Positions 24,626-37,204 of a DNA stretch of 64,000 nt are shown piece by piece. The translations under genes and the position numbers were made by a program. Positions within the stretch are counted from its first letter, which is position 1. The number at the start of each line of letters is the position of its first letter. The stretch is taken from positions 104,284,001-104,348,000 of the forward strand of contig NC_043006.1 of NCBI RefSeq assembly GCF_006345805.1, read 5' to 3'. Source of the DNA: Octopus sinensis. Its lineage: Eukaryota. The notes under the pieces were generated by a model that saw only the letters and a list, made by a program, of their open reading frames with translations, was not told where the DNA came from and ran no database searches.

Positions 24626-25243
24626 ACCTACACAATTGATTTGATTACAGTAATCAAACGTTTGTGCTGTATATAAAGATCATTCTGTCGATCAGATCGA
24701 TATTGCCAGTGTGTCATCCGTGAGAAGTCGAATTTATCGTAGAGCAACCTGAAATGAAGTGTTTTGCTCACGAACACAACGTATCCCCCGGACCCGGGAT
24801 CGAAATCACAATCTGGTGATCGTGGGTGCAACACACTAACCACTAAGACCACACGCTTTACAGACCCCCTCTCCACACACACAATCACACCCTCATTGAC
24901 TGACACACAGATAAACGCGAGCTCGCACACACACACGCACACGCACATATACATGAACAGCGCGGCTGTTGCTTTTCTGTTCTGCCGGGAACCTACATAC
25001 TTTTGGCAACGACGGGTGTATCTTGCAGGAGGTGTTCCTAGAGCCCACCACCCACGCTGATACATAACTTCACTCTCAAATGGAAGATTTCATTGTATAA
25101 TTCATATTTCTTTGCTAAGCACAGCGATAGCATTCAGCATATGACAGAGATGTTAATAAAGGTGTGAAAAGTCAAGTGACGCCCGTGTCTGAAGTTTTTT
25201 AAAGTGAAGAAAGGCCTTACAAAAGCTCAATCCGACGTATTAA

Positions 25244-25460
25244 CCCTTTAGCATTTAAGCCGGCCATATCCGGCCAAAATAATCTACCTGTTTTATCTTC
25301 AAACAGATCCGGCTTCTAACTCTTACCCTACAGTATTGTTCTAAAATTAAACAATTACATCATTGAAATCTCAAAACTGCAAGGTAACGCATGACTAATT
25401 TTTACTTATGTGAATAAATAACTACCAAAATTTGACAGAGAAATCTGAATGCTTAAAAGG
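25244..25460. mobile_element. piggyBac-like MITE
   Basis: TTAA-CCCTTTAGCATT ... AATGCTTAAAAGG termini; the right TTAA is decayed. Confidence 0.55.
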
Positions 25461-25600
25461 TTTGGATTTGCTCAAAAAGAATTCATCTACACTGGTTCTA
25501 AACCAGTTTTATCTATGGGTTCCTTTGATTCTTATTTTACTCGAATGGACCCACCTAGAAATTCAATGTTAAGAGATGTCCTATTATATTTTTATAATAA

Positions 25601-25988
25601 GTGTGGCTGTGTGGTAAGTTGTTTGTTTACCAGCCACATGGTTCCGGGTTCAGTCCTACTGCGTGGCATCTTGGGCAAGTGCCTTCTGATATAGCCTCGG
25701 GCCGACCAAGCCTTGTCAGTGGATTTGGTAGACGGAAACTGAAAGAAGCCCGTTGTTTATCTATATGTATGTGTGTGTGTTTGTGTGTCTGTGATTGTGC
25801 CCCCAACATCGCCTGACAACCGATGCTGGTGTGTTTACGTCTCCGTCACTTAGCGGCTCGGCAAAAGAGACCGATAGAATAAGTACTAGGCTTACAAAGA
25901 ATAAGTCCTGGGGTCGATTTGCTCGACTAAAGGCGGTGCTCCAACACGGCCACTGTCAAACGACTGAAACAAGTAAAAGAGTAAAAGA
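25601..25988 (+). mobile_element. SINE family C
   Basis: Full-length homologue of 33704-34113. Confidence 0.9.
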
Positions 25989-26450
25989 GCATTTATTAGG
26001 AATTGTATTTTCAAAAAATCTCAAAATATTTGGTGTATAACAGAAGTATAACTAATCTACTGCACATAATTTTAACAACAAAATCTTATATGGACCTTCC
26101 ATGGGTCATACGGACCCCGGTTGAGATCCTTTGGCGTATCTCAGTGTTTCTTAACCATTTTTAACCCATGGACCCCTTTGATTTTATTTTACTCGAATGG
26201 ACTCACATAGCCATTCGATGCTTAAAATATCATATTATAGGTTTATAATCAAGAATTTTTAAGAATTGCATAAATAAATTGTCAAAACATTTTGAGTTTT
26301 GTGAAAACATAACCATTTTTGTTTTTTTGCACATGAGTCGGATTGACCTTTTGTAAGGCCATTCCTCACTTTAAAAAGCTTCAGACATGGGCGTCACTTG
26401 ACTTTTCACACCTTTATTAACATAAACACACGTACACACACACACACGCA

Positions 26451-26515
<65 letters not shown>

Positions 26516-27032
26516 TACATACATGAACAGCGCGGCTGTCGCTCTTCAGTCCTGCCGGGAACCTACATACTTTTGGCAACGACGGGTGTATCGCTTTACC
26601 CCCTTCATTGTCAGCCTATGAACTGTTTAGCGCACCCTCACCTATGTATGTGTGTGCGTCTAAATACACACACATACACACGTATATATCTACACATATA
26701 TCTACACATATATAACTTTTAACAATAACATCATATATGGACCCCTCCCCAGGGACCATAGGTACCCCGGTTGGGAACAACTGGTGTACATCATTAAATG
26801 AGAACGAAGTCTCAGGGGTTACATATGAGTTTTGCTTCACAGAGACAGATGTCTAAACAAAGACAAGGGATCGATCTCTCAGTCCTAGTTGTTGGATAGC
26901 CTTTGACTCTACTGAGTCAAAACAAAAACCACCCTTCTTACCAAACATGCTTAGTAGGGACGCCGGTTTATTCGGCTAGGACCCTACCATGTGACAGATT
27001 GCACTGAGTTACATGTTAGCAGTGAAAGTGTA

Positions 27033-27368
27033 AAGATCCCTTTCGGTCATGGATTACCAAGGAACTGCACCTAGAAAGTTCCCCTCCGAAGCACAAGTCG
27101 AAACAAAGTTGTTTGTGGAAGATTATCAGTCGTCCATGCGTACCAGCCTCCCCTCTCCACGCCACCGATGTTACCCAAAGGAACGAAAAAGACTGATACA
27201 GCTTGGCACTAGTGACATTGCAACTCATTTCTACAGATGAGTGGACTGGAGCAACGTGAAATAAAGTGTCTTGCCCAAGAACACAGCACAGAGCTCGATC
27301 TGGGAATCGAACTCACTACTTCATGATTGTGAACTCGACGTTCTAACCACTGAGTCAAGCACCTTCAA
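27033..27368 (-). mobile_element. SINE family D
   Basis: Homologous along its length to 37205-37543. D-head variants also lie at about 24730-24860, 30330-30535 and 54378-54600. Confidence 0.85.
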
Positions 27369-28359
27369 CACATACATCCGAAAGGCTCTTTTACTGTACA
27401 GTTCCATCTTCGAGCTATGTGATTTGTCTTATACGACATTAGGCAACTTGAGGCTGTGTAAGAAGACATTCATTCAAAGTGCCAGGTTTTGTTTTCCGTT
27501 CTGCAGGATCTCCGACGGAAATCACCCTCCTTACCAAACAGGTCTGGTGTGGTAGCCATTTCAGTTGCCCACCACGTAACTCTATATGGCTAGATGTATA
27601 TCAACCACAGGTACCTGATTACAGGTAAGTTCACCGACATCAATTAACCGTGAAGAATGTTCACTGCGAGGAAAGCTTATCGAGAAAATATATCCATAGT
27701 ACCTCACCATTAATAGCTAAAAACTATTTTAGTGAGGAAAAACAAAACGGACGTAATGGGGATCAAAACGTAGAATCGGTGAGTATTCCTTACGATGCAT
27801 TTTCTCTGCGATGAATTTGACGACGGTGATGCAGCTAGGTGGCATCATCTATTTACCAAATCCATGGAAACATATTTTCTTTTAAATTCAATGTCTTCAC
27901 ATGCAGCATCTTCAATCACTATTTTATATGATTTTGGTGTGGTGTGTCATTTTATTTGCATATATTTCACATTGTCTGAAGTTGAACTTATGCAACGTTC
28001 CTATGGTATTTGAAGATCTTGCGACTATGTATTCTGATAATTTTAATTGCATGTATTTTATTGTCATTCCAAATCGATATGCATTACTAAAAACAGAAGC
28101 AATTATTATAGAAATGTGTTTTATTAGCCAAGTGAAGGTTGACAACATTCATGGTACACAGGTCGGTGCCTGGATAAAAATATGCCTTCTTGGGCTAACA
28201 AGCAATCATGCAACAAAGAAGTGGTTATTGGAGAGGCATGGACTTCTCAGTTCACATTCGACTAGCAAAGCGCTTGACCTAAAGTAACATGTCTGATGGA
28301 ACGAAGTAATGCAAGGAAGGAAAGCGCCTTTTTTATGGCTGCAACTTGTCGTTGTAGCA

Positions 28360-28605
28360 GCTTGGCTCACATGCAATATATATTTCTTTACTACCCACAA
28401 GGGGCTAAATATAGAGAGGACAAACAAGGACAGACAAAGGGATTAAGTCGATTACATCAACCCCAGTGCGACACTGGTACTTTATTTATCGACCCTGAAA
28501 GGATGAAAGGCAAAGTCAACTTCGGCGGAATTTGAACTCAGAACGTAACGACAGATGAAATACGGCTACGCACTTCGCCCGGCGTGCTAACCACTCTGCC
28601 AGCTC
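28360..28605 (-). mobile_element. SINE family A
   Basis: Full head, core and tail type 1. Confidence 0.85.
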
Positions 28606-28909
28606 GAGTCTTATGTCGTTGCAGAGATTTTTGTGTGCATACAAGCTTTGTATTAACATAAAGGATGCACTCGCTTTTAGTAGCAGACAGTGAGGAGTGA
28701 CAACAATAGGTTGAAGAGTACTGAGAAACTCTTGGATTATAGGCAGCATCGACAATGTCAGCCAGAGTAATGATCTGACTTGTACCATCTGCACTGGAAT
28801 GTTTCGTCTTGAATAATGGTGGCGTTAATATCCTACGCAATGTCCTCCCTCTCCGTTTTTTATATTTTTAGAGCCAGAACGACACGTTTTGGAAACCATG
28901 GTGATAATG

Positions 28910-30115
28910 AATTTGATGACGATGATGATGATGGTGGTGGTGGTGGGGGGGGGTTAATATGGTGATAATGAAGAGGACAAAGACGACAACAATAATGGGG
29001 GATGATGATGATGGTGACGACGAGAATGACGACGACAACGCACCATGCGACGACAACCACGACGACGATGATGATGAAGATGATAATGATGATGATGGTG
29101 ATGATGATGATGACGACGACGACGACGATGATGATGATGATAATGATGATGACGACGATGATGATGATGATAATGATGATGACGACGATGATGATGATGA
29201 TAATGATGATGACGACGATGATGATGATGATAATGATGATGACGACGATGATGATGATGACGACGACGATGACGATGATGATGATGACGACGACGATGAC
29301 GATGATGACGATGATAATGATGATGACGACGATGATGATGATGATAATGATGATGACGACATGATGATGATGATAATGATGATGACGACGATGATGATGA
29401 TGATAATGATGATGACGACGATGATGATGATAATGATGATGACGACGATGATGATGATATGATGATGACGACGATGATGATGATAATGATGATGACGACA
29501 ATGATGATGATGATAATGATGATGACGACGACGATGATGATGATAATGATGATGACGACGATGATGATGATGATGACGACGACGATGACGATGATGATGA
29601 TGATAATGATGATGACGACGATGATGATGATGATAATGATGATGACGACGATGATGATGACGACGACGATGACGATGATGATGATGATAATGATGATGAC
29701 GACGATGATGATGATGATAATGATGATGACGACGACGACGATGATGATGACGACGACGATGACGATGATGATGATGACGACGACGATGACGATGATGATG
29801 ATGATGATGATAATGATGACGACGACGATGATGATGATGATGATGACGATGATAATGATAATGAAAATGGTTGTTGTGGTGGTGTTGATGCATGATTCTG
29901 TGGAGTGGTGGAGGCGTCTGTATTATTTTTAGTGAAGAAGGTGGTGGTGGTGGTAGTGACGCTGATGATGATGATGATGAAAACGAAGTCGATTTGGAAT
30001 TTGGTAAAGATGGGGATTAAGGTGGATGTGGTGTGAGTGGTGGCGATGGCGGTGGAGAGGGTGGTGGGGTGGTGGTGGTGGTGGTGGTGGTGGTGGCGAT
30101 GGCGGTGGCAGCAGT
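28910..30115 (+). repeat. Long (GAT/GAC/AAT)n trinucleotide array with higher-order ~30-bp periodicity, then (GGT)n
   Basis: Recurrent unit GACGACGATGATGATGATGATAATGATGAT; source of the poly-D, poly-M and poly-H ORFs. Confidence 0.9.
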
Positions 30116-30949
30116 ATTATTGATGGTTGTGTGCGTGGTGAAATCGAGAGAAAAATCATTTTTTGAAGATATTTTTTTAGCATTCAAACCAAAATAACTA
30201 CAAATGGTTGAAGCAACGCCACCTTGAATATAAATTTAATTCCACAGAACCACACACAAAACAAGTGCAGTCTCAGAAAAATACAGAACATCATTTTGCG
30301 TTGGCGTAGAAACGCTTCGCATTAAAAGTCTTAGTAGTAGTTCTTTAGATTTTAGTACAAGTTTCGATTCCTATACCAGGCGACGCATTGAGTACTTGAG
30401 CAAAATGCTTCATTTCATGTTGCTCCAGTCCACTGAGCGGCCGAAAGTGAGTAACCCTGCGAAGGATTGGCGTTCCGTCCAGGTGGGAAATATATGCGTC
30501 ACGGATATCGGGTAAACTGCCCTATGAGTCTATAAGACCCGAAAGGGATCTTTATACCTATCTACACTCTAAAAGCATAAAGACACACACGCACACACAT
30601 ACACACACAGAGAGGCTTCTTTCAGTTTCCGTCTACCAAATCCACTCACAATGCGATTTTGAGCAATAACAGCCGCTGCACTACCACATATTGCCGAGTG
30701 CGGAGAGAGAGAGTATTTAGTAAGATCAGAAGTAGCTTTCGATGAAGATATCTACCGAACGAACATATTAAACATGGACAAAATACTGACGGAGATAGAC
30801 GCGTGACTGCTCCGTTTCACAAAAAAAAATTTTGTCTCTTTTCCGAAAGAATTTCTCTTAGAATGGAAAAATAATGTCTGGTAGAATAAGCTATTGCTAT
30901 TCCCACCAAAATAACACTGACATCTCATTTTAACAGATATATTCAACAA

Positions 30950-31640
30950 AGTTTCATAAAATATCTTGAAAGACTAAAGAGTAAATTTATTCAATAAAAT
31001 CGTCCTTGGCTTCAACCACCGCCTCCTCACGATTTTGGAATCTTCTGCAACTCCTGTGGACGGTCTCCTTGTTTAAGATGGTGAACGCTGCCATAATCCT
31101 TGCCTTCAGTTCATCTTTGGAATTACAAGAAGTTTTTATGGTCTCTCGCTCAGCTGCACCCCACACATAATAATCAAGGAGTCTTGGAGGTTAAGTGGTT
31201 AGATGTTAGGGGTGATGTGGTTGTAGAAATTGTCTGACAGCCGTGACTGGGTTCTCCTGCTTGTGTTGCATGGTGTAGAGTCATGTTGCCAGACACAGGG
31301 TCTTCAGCAGCCACTCTCTTGACCCAACGCAGCACTACATCTTCTAGGCACTTGATGTAGGCCTATGTGTTGAGTCTGAGGCTGTGTGGAGAGATGAATG
31401 AAGGCATAACGTTGCTATCATTAGTGATCACTCCAAATACCATGATGTTGACTGGAATTTTGATTTTTATCGGCGCGATTTTGATCACTTCCGGCGCGAA
31501 TGCCAAGCAGTACAGTATATCGTTTCGAAATTTGTTGCACAGTGAATTGCGTCATGGTGTTGTTTTTCTCACAGACGGTTCCCAACTGATCCTACTATAC
31601 TGTGTAGTCGAGAAATTCATAAACAATGTTCATATGCGAA
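30950..31640 (-). mobile_element. Tc1/mariner transposase C-terminal relic (DD37D/maT-like)
   Basis: Peptides VNIMVFGVITND, LRLNT.AYIKCLEDVVLRWVK, DYYVWGA, NSKDELKARIMAAF, CRRFQNR..AVVEAK. Confidence 0.75.
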
Positions 31641-31988
31641 ATTTAAAATACAAAATGGCGACGATTTACTCATCGCACGCTCTGTGTGTGTGTGTGTGTC
31701 TTTCCGTCTGTGTTAGTCCTCCACTACCGCTTGACAACCAATGTTGGTGTGTTTATGTCTCCGTAACTTAACGGTTCGGCAAAAGAGACCGATATAATAA
31801 GTAGCAGAATTTACAAATTGATAAGTACTGACATCGATTCGCTCGACTAAAATTCCCGAAGGCATTGCCCCAGTATGGCCGCAGTCTGATGGCTAAAAAC
31901 AGTAAATGATAAAAGATAGACACACACACGGACATGTATGTATATATAAATAAATAAATAAATAAATCTATCTATCTATCTATCTATC

Positions 31989-32073
<85 letters not shown>

Positions 32074-32175
32074 CATACACAGACACACACATGTTGAATT
32101 TGCTGGATTAGACAAACTACTCTATGGAAACATTATTTACATTATTTACATTTGAAGGATATTTGTCCTCATCTT

Positions 32176-32208
32176 GTTTCGGCTGATATACCCTCCAGCC
32201 TTCATCAG
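32176..32208 (-). ncRNA. Partial hammerhead core in SINE-H tail
   Basis: CTGATGA-A-GGCTG-GAGGGTATAT-CAGCC-GAAAC is intact. The downstream helix III / helix I strand is deleted relative to the other arm. Confidence 0.55.
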
Positions 32209-32274
32209 CTGGTTTGGAGAAATTTCGAACCTGGGTTCTCATTCCTAAGGTATTTTTCGATGTTGTTGTTGTTG

Positions 32275-32309
<35 letters not shown>

Positions 32310-32311
32310 GC

Positions 32312-32816
32312 CTTTGCACAGCTTCTAACGCTGAAGATGTACTACAGTGTCAGCGGTTCACTACCAGTGAACTAAGGTAACACCTCTTATTTTTCGAGCA
32401 GTTCCAAGTAGTGCTGTTTTCTGCAAGTGCTCCACCCTTATTGCAGCCCGTATTTGTTCCACGTACTTCTCGAGATTTTTGCTCACTGTTCCCAGGTCTC
32501 TGACAATTATTTGTACTACTGCTACCTTTTTCATCGACCACAACTGCTTATGCTAACCTGTCATATCTCTCAACTTTTCTTTCTTCATGATCGCATACCT
32601 TGTTGTCAGCTGGGCATGTTATATCTATGATCCAGCTTAGTTTGTTTTCTTTCTCAATTTAGACTACGTCTGACTTCCTATTCTCTATCTCAAGGTCGCA
32701 CTGGATCATAAAATCCCATGGGATCTTTGCATTTCTATTTTCGACGATGCCTTCAGGTTTGTGGTCATCCCAATTTTTTCCTCTGTCAAGGCCATACTTG
32801 TTGAAAACTCTGACAC

Positions 32817-32818
<2 letters not shown>
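32312..32818 (-). mobile_element. R4/Dong-type LINE 3' fragment inserted in (TAA)n
   Basis: ORF 32361-32543 reads VVQIIVRDLGTVSKNLEKYVEQI...LQKTALLGTARKIR, typical of an RLE C-terminus. (TTA)n tracts flank both sides. Confidence 0.75.
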
Positions 32819-32862
<44 letters not shown>

Positions 32863-33101
32863 ATTATATTATTATTATAATTATTATAATTATTATTATT
32901 ATTATTTGTATTATTATTATTAGTAGTAGTAGTAGTAGTATTCAGGCCACTGCCAGGAATCGAACTCGGAAACTTGAGATTAGTAGCCCGCGCCGTTAAC
33001 CACTAAACCATGGGCATTTGGCGTAGTAAGGAGCGTGGACTACTAACCCAAGATTCCGAGTTCGATTTTGGGCAGTGACTTGAATAATAATAATAATAAT
33101 A

Positions 33102-33143
<42 letters not shown>

Positions 33144-33198
33144 CAACAACAACGGAAAATACGTTAAGAATGAGAACCCAGGTTCGAAATTTCTCCAA

Positions 33199-33244
33199 GA
33201 CACCTGATAAAGGCTGGAGGGTATATGAGGCGAAATGTTGAGTT
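33199..33244 (+). ncRNA. Decayed hammerhead motif in SINE-H tail
   Basis: GACAC-CTGATAA-A-GGCTG-GAGGGTATAT-GAGGC-GAAA-TGTT-GAGTT. Architecture is retained, with substitutions in the core and helices. Confidence 0.5.
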
Positions 33245-33703
33245 AACAACAAACAAGATGAAAACAAATAACCGTCAAATGTAAATAATTCCTCATCTCT
33301 TAAATATCGAGTTGTATAAGTCTTTGGAAATTTAGGTATTTTTATTATTGGTTGTAGAACAATTTAATGTAGAGGGAAAGATTGTAGGATTAAAATAAAT
33401 ATAGCTAAAAAAGATGGAAAGGTGTCCAGCAAATTCATAGAATTGACGTCCCTGCGGCTCTAGACGCAGGACTTTGTCTGAAGGACTTCCTTTACCGTTT
33501 TATTTACAATTGGAAGTATCGACGAAGATTTGAAGTGTTTAATGCTGTCAGGTATTCAGAGCCAAAAAGGGAACCTCTATGTGATCATGAGACACAGTTT
33601 GAAATAATAGAAAAATCCCCCACAAATAACACTATGCCATGCTAAAAAGGGAAGGACACAGGAGATAATGTCACCCTTGATACTGATAAAATAAAGGTCA
33701 CAG

Positions 33704-34113
33704 TTTACTCTTACTCTTTTACTCTTTTACTTGTTTCAGTCATTTGACTGCGGCCATGCTGGAGCACCGCCTTTAATCGAGCAACTCGACCCCGGGACTT
33801 ATTCTTTTGTAAGCCCAGTACTTATTCTATCGGTCTCTTTTGCCGAACCGCTTAGTGACGGGGACGTAAACACACCAGCATCGGTTGTCAAGCAATGCTA
33901 GGAGGATAAACACACAAACACACACACACGCATATATATATATATATACATAGATACGACGGGCTTCTTTCATTTTCCGTCTACCAAATCCACTCAGAAG
34001 GCATTGGTCGGCCCGAGGCTATAGTAGAAGACACTTGCCCAAGGTGCCACACAGTGGGACTGAACCCGGAACCATGTGGTTGGTAAACAAGCTACTTACC
34101 ACACAGCCACTCC
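33704..34113 (-). mobile_element. SINE family C (tRNA head, internal (GT)n, CR1/L2-type tail)
   Basis: Head GGAGTGGCTGTGTGGTAAGTAGC..GGGTTCAGTCCC; tail GGCGGTGCTCCAGCATGGCCGCAGTCAAATGACTGAAAC(AAGTAAAAG)n. Confidence 0.9.
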
Positions 34114-34699
34114 TTGTATGTTTTTTGATAATATCTGTTCGTTCAGTGTTGCCCAAGGACTGAACAACATCAATTTCTGACATGGACATGAAGACAGACA
34201 TTTGAGAGAGGGACATATTCGGTTATATCGACCCAGTACTTGACAGTACTTTATCTATCGTCTCTTGAAAGATGAAACACAAATTTGACTTTAACCGCAT
34301 TTGAACACTGAAATTAAAGAACCAGAGCGAATGATTTCTAATGACCCTATCTCGAGGATGAACAATTATCACAACGGTAAATTATTCTACTCATTACAAA
34401 TACGTCCTTTCACGAAACAGATATGGCCAAGCATATATTCCAATGAACCTGAAATATAATTATTTCCCGCTTAATTACAGAATAGAAAATAATGGAATCA
34501 ACCGAATCAGTCCTTACTTACTCGCTGTTGATTAAATGTTTCCATAACGTTCAGTTTTGAGTACATTCTCTTCAACGTTATGAAATCTGCTTAACTCATC
34601 TCACCATCTTATCTGATGTTGTCTTGTTACTTTTGCGCGTTAGCGGTATGCTGTGCCTTCTTTTACATCCACTTTTTTGTAGTCGTTGTAAAAGATATG

Positions 34700-35010
34700 T
34701 TTAGCATAATTTCCTTCAAACTGCGTTGTAAATTTAACCATGCAATGTTTTAACCATGTTTTTCGGATCTCTTTATGATCTTCCCACATTATTCCAAACG
34801 CCATCCGTTCGTGAGCCTGTTGATATGTTCTTAGTTTGATTAATAGTTCTTTTGTCAGGTTCCATGTTTCTGAAACATAAAGAATTATTGGGAAAATGCA
34901 TTGGTTGTAAACTGTTCTGCCAAGACTTAGTGGCATTTTCCTTTTACAAATGGAAATTACCCTCTGGAAACTTTGCCATCTCAAGGTAGTTCGCCGTTTA
35001 TTTCTTTCCT
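34700..35010 (-). mobile_element. RTE-clade LINE RT C-terminal fragment
   Basis: ORF 34640-34984: KRKMPLSLGRTVYNQCIFPIILYVSETWNLTK...QQAHERMAFGI. Confidence 0.75.
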
Positions 35011-36420
35011 ATAGCTGACTGTGTTGTAATAAGTTAGCAAAACTGGTTGTAACCGGTAGTATCTGAATGGATTTTATTCAGTTTTAATATTGGAAATTTC
35101 ATATCTAACTTCATTAAACAATTCTTTTATTCATGTTTATTCTTAGTTTTGCAGTCTTGTTGTCTGTTATCAGTTATTCTAAAACCAATAATACAAATGT
35201 CAAACTCTTCCTAAACCAAATTATATATTCTTGTACGTATAGAGCCAGCAAAATGTTCTGCTATCACGAACGAAAGGAAAATGAGTCTGCAAAAATGGAG
35301 GAAAAAAAGAAAAAAAACTCGCCTCTTTGTTTTTTTAATGTACCAGTTGACCTCTACGTGATACCTTGGCTTGCTAGAAATAGCAGCAGATCATTCTAAA
35401 TTAAATCACATGTGACTGTTTTAATAAAACGAAGAAGACCTGGAGTATTTTAAACCTATGCCGTGTAGAGAAACATATATAAATTAACAGTACCTGCAAA
35501 CACTTCAAAATTCGTTTTAAAACTCTGCGGAAAGTGCAGTTTTATCGAGAACCCTTATATATCTATTATCACTGACCCGTGCGTATCCAGTAAATTTTGA
35601 AGTTCGGACAAAGCGCCCCGGGGAAAAAAAACACTCCTCTGGACTTTGTGAATGAGAGGAGGGCCACAGAGGAATTTCGGAATGGTGTAGGTAGGGCACA
35701 GCATCAGTTTCTAGTCAAATGAACTTTAAATGAGCCTCAGCACTTAATGAGGTTTTCAGTACTACGTCGGTTTTTCAAAGATACAATATGATGTTCTTTA
35801 TATTATGCTCACCTTTGTGACTGAGGTTTATTTTATAATTAATATAATTAATATAATTAATATAATATTTTACATCTTAGAAAAGTATTCATAAACTACG
35901 AATAAGAAAAAATTATTATTTAAAACTTGCACGTTTTTTTTGTTTTTGTTTTCATTCTACTAGGGTTTCGTCCTCAAGTGTTCTTTCCTAGATTTTTTCT
36001 TCTGTGGGTTTTTGTCCTACACTCCTAAATTTATCCTGCTTTCTATAGACACGTTGACCTCACAGCTTCATACATACGTACACACTCACCCAGATACATT
36101 CACATATTTTGGCCTCCGCATCCAAATATCAAAGTCATACTCTCACACTATACTATACGGCTACAATAAACAGAAGTGGTCTAAGAATGAAATCAACATT
36201 CTCGTAAATCCATGGTTTTGTCTTTCCCAAACTGAAAACATAGACCCTTCATGTCTGAATGATATTGTCAAAAGAACTGTCCGCCGCTTCCAATAGCCAA
36301 CCAGAAAAGGATGTACAGAGCCAGCGCAAACATGCTAAAATCTCGTTTAAATAAATTCAGATATTTTTAAAAATTGCAACATGTATTTTTTCCAGTGCCA
36401 GTTCAACAGCAGCAGCAGCA

Positions 36421-36800
36421 GTGAAGGCGCAATGGCCCAGTGGTTAGGGCAGCGGACTCGCGGTCGGAGGATCGCGGTTTCGATTCCCAGACCGGATGTT
36501 GTGTGTGTTTATTGAGCGAAAAGACCTAAAGTTCCACGTACTCCGGCAAGGGGTGGGGGCGACTCCTATTGTACTCTTTTGCTCCAACTTTCTCTCACTC
36601 TTTCTTCCGGTTTCTTGTCCCCGACTTCCTACGCAACCGCTGAGGCTGGATGCACAGTCATCCATCCGTCGATGCTCTCGGTGTCGGGGGTTGACCGGTT
36701 CTCTCTTCTGCGGGTCCTACGAATAGCAAAGGACCACGTTTCGGAATTCTCCCACTACACTCTGGGACGAAGACCGCTTCGCTCAACAAACCAACAAACA
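36421..36800 (+). mobile_element. SINE family B with a different tail ending in (CAA)n
   Basis: B head at 36421; distinct 3' part 36640-36790. Confidence 0.8.
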
Positions 36801-37204
36801 AACAGCAGCAGCATCAAAAACAACAACAACAACAACAATAACAACAACAATAACAACAACAACGAGACGACAACAACAACATAAACAATAAAAACAACCG
36901 AACTAACAGCCTCAGCCACTCCTGGATACTAGCACATTTGGGACCCTATCAAATTCTACAATCGACAGCCCCTCATAGTACAGCTACCCACATTTCTCAC
37001 TTCCTTCGAATGTCACAAGTGATCCGTCATCGTCTCGTCATTATTGCTATCATGTTCTACTGCTACTACCCTTACCGCAGCAACTAAACAACAACAAGAT
37101 CAGCATCCACAGCCACTCCTCAATACTAGCACAACTGATGACATATTATACAATCCTTAGCTCTTCCCCTCAGTCAAGCTGCTCAAATTTCTCACTCTCA
37201 GAAC

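Larger units (their letters stand above)
32131..33290. mobile_element. Head-to-head inverted dimer of a tRNA-headed SINE (family H: tRNA head, (AAT)n, hammerhead-like tail); left arm interrupted by an R4/Dong fragment
   Basis: 32941-33011 (minus) and 33012-33082 (plus) are reverse-complementary tRNA-like heads (TGG..TAGTGG A-box, GAGTTCGATT B-box) meeting at CCATGG 33008-33013. Tails 32131-32280 and 33140-33290 are inverted copies of each other. Confidence 0.75.

Noticed and set aside
27620-27790. Strong plus-strand donor motifs CAG|GTAAGT and TCG|GTGAGT
   Set aside because: No matching acceptor or open exon frame found. Such motifs occur by chance in 64 kb.
28538-28840. 100-aa minus ORF
   Set aside because: Bounded by a nearby upstream stop, has no acceptor, and runs into a SINE.
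36421-36495. tRNA-Arg-like sequence (also at other SINE heads)
   Set aside because: A/B boxes continue directly into SINE bodies and the acceptor stem is not closed, so these are SINE heads rather than tRNA genes.
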